From positions 8,547,870-8,611,627 of the forward strand of contig NC_081396.1 of NCBI RefSeq assembly GCF_030684315.1: a stretch of 63,758 nucleotides of DNA. Reading direction: 5' to 3'. A program made the position numbers and the translations under genes. Origin of the DNA: Stegostoma tigrinum (lineage: Eukaryota). The notes beneath the pieces are model-generated. The model had not been told where the DNA came from. It searched no databases and saw nothing but the letters and a program-made list of their open reading frames with translations. Of the stretch, positions 60,695-63,758 are shown piece after piece; within the stretch, counting starts at the first letter, position 1, and every line of letters begins with the position of its first letter.

Positions 60695-61089
60695 GATCAA
60701 ACTCTGATGACATTCAGGTCCTGATGAATTGAGTATCTCAGTCAGAATTTGAAGTGATGTTTAGATGGAGTTTCCCCAGTGCAAGTGTTTCCATCTAACA
60801 TCCTGAAAAGGGAAGATAAAACAGAAATAAGGAAATATCGCAGAGAGCTCACAAGACAAAGGTAAAATATGGAATTGAACTGAATGAGTCTGGTAATTTG
60901 TGCAGTGAGCCTTGGCAAATGTGACTGTGAGAGCTGCTGGATTGCATTTAAAACCAAACAAGTTCTCTAATGTCCTTAAGTATAAGGAACTTGCTGCCTG
61001 GCCTGGACTGACACATGACTCTTGCTTCCAAAGGAGGTCAGTGGAAGATGGAGGAGCACGAAGGAGATGGGCTCCACCTATTTGCAGTT

Positions 61090-61380
61090 TAACTCAAATG
61101 TTCACAGAACCTCCCTAACTCGCCAACTAGAAACACGAGAGCAGTTACTACGAGGGAAAACCATCAATTCCATGACTCATAGCAGCAGGTACAGCCTGGA
61201 GAGAGACCACTCAATTACTCCAAGTGTTCCAAGCATTTAATCTATCATTGTACCTGTCAAGAAACCAGTGAGTTCAGAAACGAATGCAGGAGTTGGATGT
61301 TGCTGTCAATCACATCCAGGACTTAACTACACTAATTCAGACAGTTGGGGATTATTCTAGCCTATAGCTAGGATAGCTTA
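61090..61380 (+). pseudogene. Decayed terminal fingers and 3'UTR of a + strand ZNF
   Basis: cagcaggtacagcctggagagagacca (QQVQPGERP), then accagtgagttca, then ttggatgttgctgtcaatcacatccaggact (family UTR). Confidence 0.65.
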
Positions 61381-61744
61381 TATCTGTAATAATTTTGCAA
61401 TTGGTTCACTGCATTTTATAACCCACTGTGCAAATGAAGTATCTTTTGAAAAGCTGTCCTCTAGGTATTTAAATATGAACAATAAACAATGATTCACCTG
61501 TACTTCTTGCAATTTAGCTATTGCGTTCACTGCTCAAAATGTGGTGTGCTCTATATTGGAATCAGCAAATACTGACCAGGTGATTACTTCACGGAACAAC
61601 AGCCATTCAGTCTGCAAACTGAAACCTGAGCTTCCAGTCAGTTGTCATTTTAATATCTACCCCACTCCTACTCTGACATCTGTGTCCTTGGCTCTCTCCC
61701 CTGCTCCAAAAGAAGCTCAAAGCAAGGTCGAGGAACAGTAGCTC

Positions 61745-62610
61745 ATACAGTCAGACAGCACGGATATAGACCCTGCAGTCTCACTCATCTGTGCTGATCA
61801 CACATCTCAGTCTGACCTAGTCCCAGTTGCCAGCATTTGGCCCATATCCCCCTGAACTCTTCCTATTCACATCTCTCCAGATGCCTTTCAAATATTCTCA
61901 TTGTATCCACCTCCCCCACTTGAGGGAGCTCATTCCATACACACAGCACCCTCAGTGTTAAAAAGTTACCCCTCAGGTCTTTTTAAGTCTTTCCCCTCTC
62001 ACCTTAAACCTATGCCCTCTAGTTTTGGACTCCCCCACTCTGGGTGAAGGACCTTGGCTATTCACTCTATCCATGCTGCTCAGGATTTTATAAATCTCTG
62101 CAAGTTCACCGTTCAGCCTCTGACACTCCAAGGAGAAAAGCTGTAGCCTATTCAGCCTCGCCCTATAAGTCAAATCTTCCAGCCCTGCCAGCGTCTTTCA
62201 AAGTCTTGTCCGCACTCTCTCAAGTTTAATAACATCCTTCCAAGAGAAGGGTGACCAGAATTATACACAGTATTCTGAAAGTAGCCTCACCAATGTACAG
62301 CCGCAACATGACGTCCCAACTCCTACACTCAGTGTTCTGACCAATTAAGGCAAGCATGCCAAATGCCTTCTTCATCATCGTCTCTACCAGTGACTCCACT
62401 GTCAACAAATTATGCACCTGTACCCGTGGGTCTCTGTTTGGCAATACTCCTCACGGCCCCACCATTAACTGTGTAAGACTTACCCTGGTTTTTCTTACCA
62501 GAATGCAGCACCTCACATTTATCTAAGTGAAACTCCATCTGCCACTCCGTGGCCTATTGCACATTTGATCGAGGTTCTGTTGTACTTGAGGTGACCTTCT
62601 TCACTATCTA
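61745..62610 (-). mobile_element. CR1 3' fragment, next to a decayed Penelope GIY-YIG piece (61490-61742, +)
   Basis: RLNRLQLFSLECQRLNGELAEIYK and KKAFGMLA. Confidence 0.85.
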
Positions 62611-63369
62611 CTACACGTATGTTAGTGACTTCTGCATACTCACTAAACAGGCATCCTATCATATTTCAACATACATTTCATGGAGTTCAGAAGTTTCTGC
62701 ACCAACAGGAAGTTGTCAGGATCTGGTACGTTCAATCTGAAAAGGAGCTGTAAGCTGATGGTATGTTTACACTGTGTCTGGTCACCTTTGCCTCCCCACC
62801 AGTGGAAATAATTCCTTTTTAGCTACCCAATTTGCTGCCAATAATAACTCAAAACTTTGATCAAAATCACACTTAAGTGTTTGAATTCCACCCAATTCCC
62901 CTGTCATAGCACAGTGCTGTATTTTAGCAGAAGGGATAGGAACAGGCAATATACAATTCATAGTACATTTCGAAAGAGTGTGCAGGAACAGAGGAATTTA
63001 GGTTTTATGTATACGGATCTTTGAATGCAAGAGTGTATATTCATTAGTCAGGAAAACAAATTGCATCTTAGGTTTCACAGATGGGGTATTAAGAAGAAAA
63101 ATAATTTTGTTGAAAACTCGAGTATGGTGCTGACTTCTGGTCACATTTTAAAAAAGGGGCACAGGAGAATTATCAAAATGGATTTCGAAAGTGAGATTGA
63201 GAGGAGACTTGGTTGAGGTACAATATTTTTACCAAGTTTTAATAAAATAGGGAAAGACAATCCCTTCCTGTTAATTGATTGTATACAGACCAGGGACAGA
63301 TTGAAGTTTTTGAATAGGAGACAAAGTGGAACGTGATGAGAACAACATGAGTGACAATGCCCTGGAACT

Positions 63370-63758
63370 TGCTACTGCAAGCCCATAGGTAACCTCATGA
63401 TGCTTCACTTCACTAGCTTCCACTCTAAAATATGTTAAAGAAGCCATCCTCTACAATCAAGCCTTGCATAAACATCAGATCTGCTCAGAATCGGAAGAAT
63501 GCAAAGGACCCCTACAGATGTTGAAGAACACTCTCCTAAGAATGGGATGCGATGTTCAATTCATGGATCGCCAGTTCCAATGACCCAGAGCGAAAACAGT
63601 AACAACCTCGTCAGAAGACAGACATGGGACACAAACGATGGAGTACCCTTCGTCATCCAGTAGTTGCCTGGACTGGAGAAACTACACCATGTTTTTCACA
63701 GCCTTCGACATGTTACTGATGACGATGAACATCTCACCAGGGATATCCTGACACCTCC
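63370..63758 (+). mobile_element. Penelope-like RT C-terminal remnant
   Basis: Frameshifted CKP..NLMMLHFTSFH...VKEAI...QALH.H.ICS and VPFV.QY motifs. Confidence 0.7.

Overview
Vertebrate genomic DNA, very likely a shark. The basis is HE1-type V-SINEs, a DeuSINE, CR1/L2 LINEs and Penelope elements; species-level identity is not established. The window is a tandem cluster of KRAB-less poly-C2H2 zinc-finger genes. Seven are intact, single-coding-exon genes (8352-9140 -, 15598-16467 +, 22208-23338 +, 31333-32370 +, 37190-39232 +, 53029-53982 -, 59912-60694 -). There is also one nonsense-disrupted duplicate (42472-43935) and several decayed finger relics. The genes are copies of one regulatory cassette. 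It comprises a CpG-rich, potentially bidirectional promoter (TGATTGAC exactly 20 bp before CCAAT in four copies, GC box, NRF1-like sites) and a twin CGCCATnTT-N5-GGGGCA element spaced 45-46 bp. It continues with a short non-coding exon that is itself a duplicate of the coding exon's leader, an optional 51-57 nt micro-exon, shared old TE remnants and a shared 3'UTR/polyA module. A ~7.7 kb tandem duplication (32.0-39.7 kb to 39.7-44.4 kb) shows a gene-conversion signature. Also present are a decayed tRNA-Arg(ACG) and many Penelope-derived fold-back elements carrying hammerhead-ribozyme cores. Most short ORFs in the supplied track are spurious or TE fragments. Repeat boundaries and percent identities were judged by eye.
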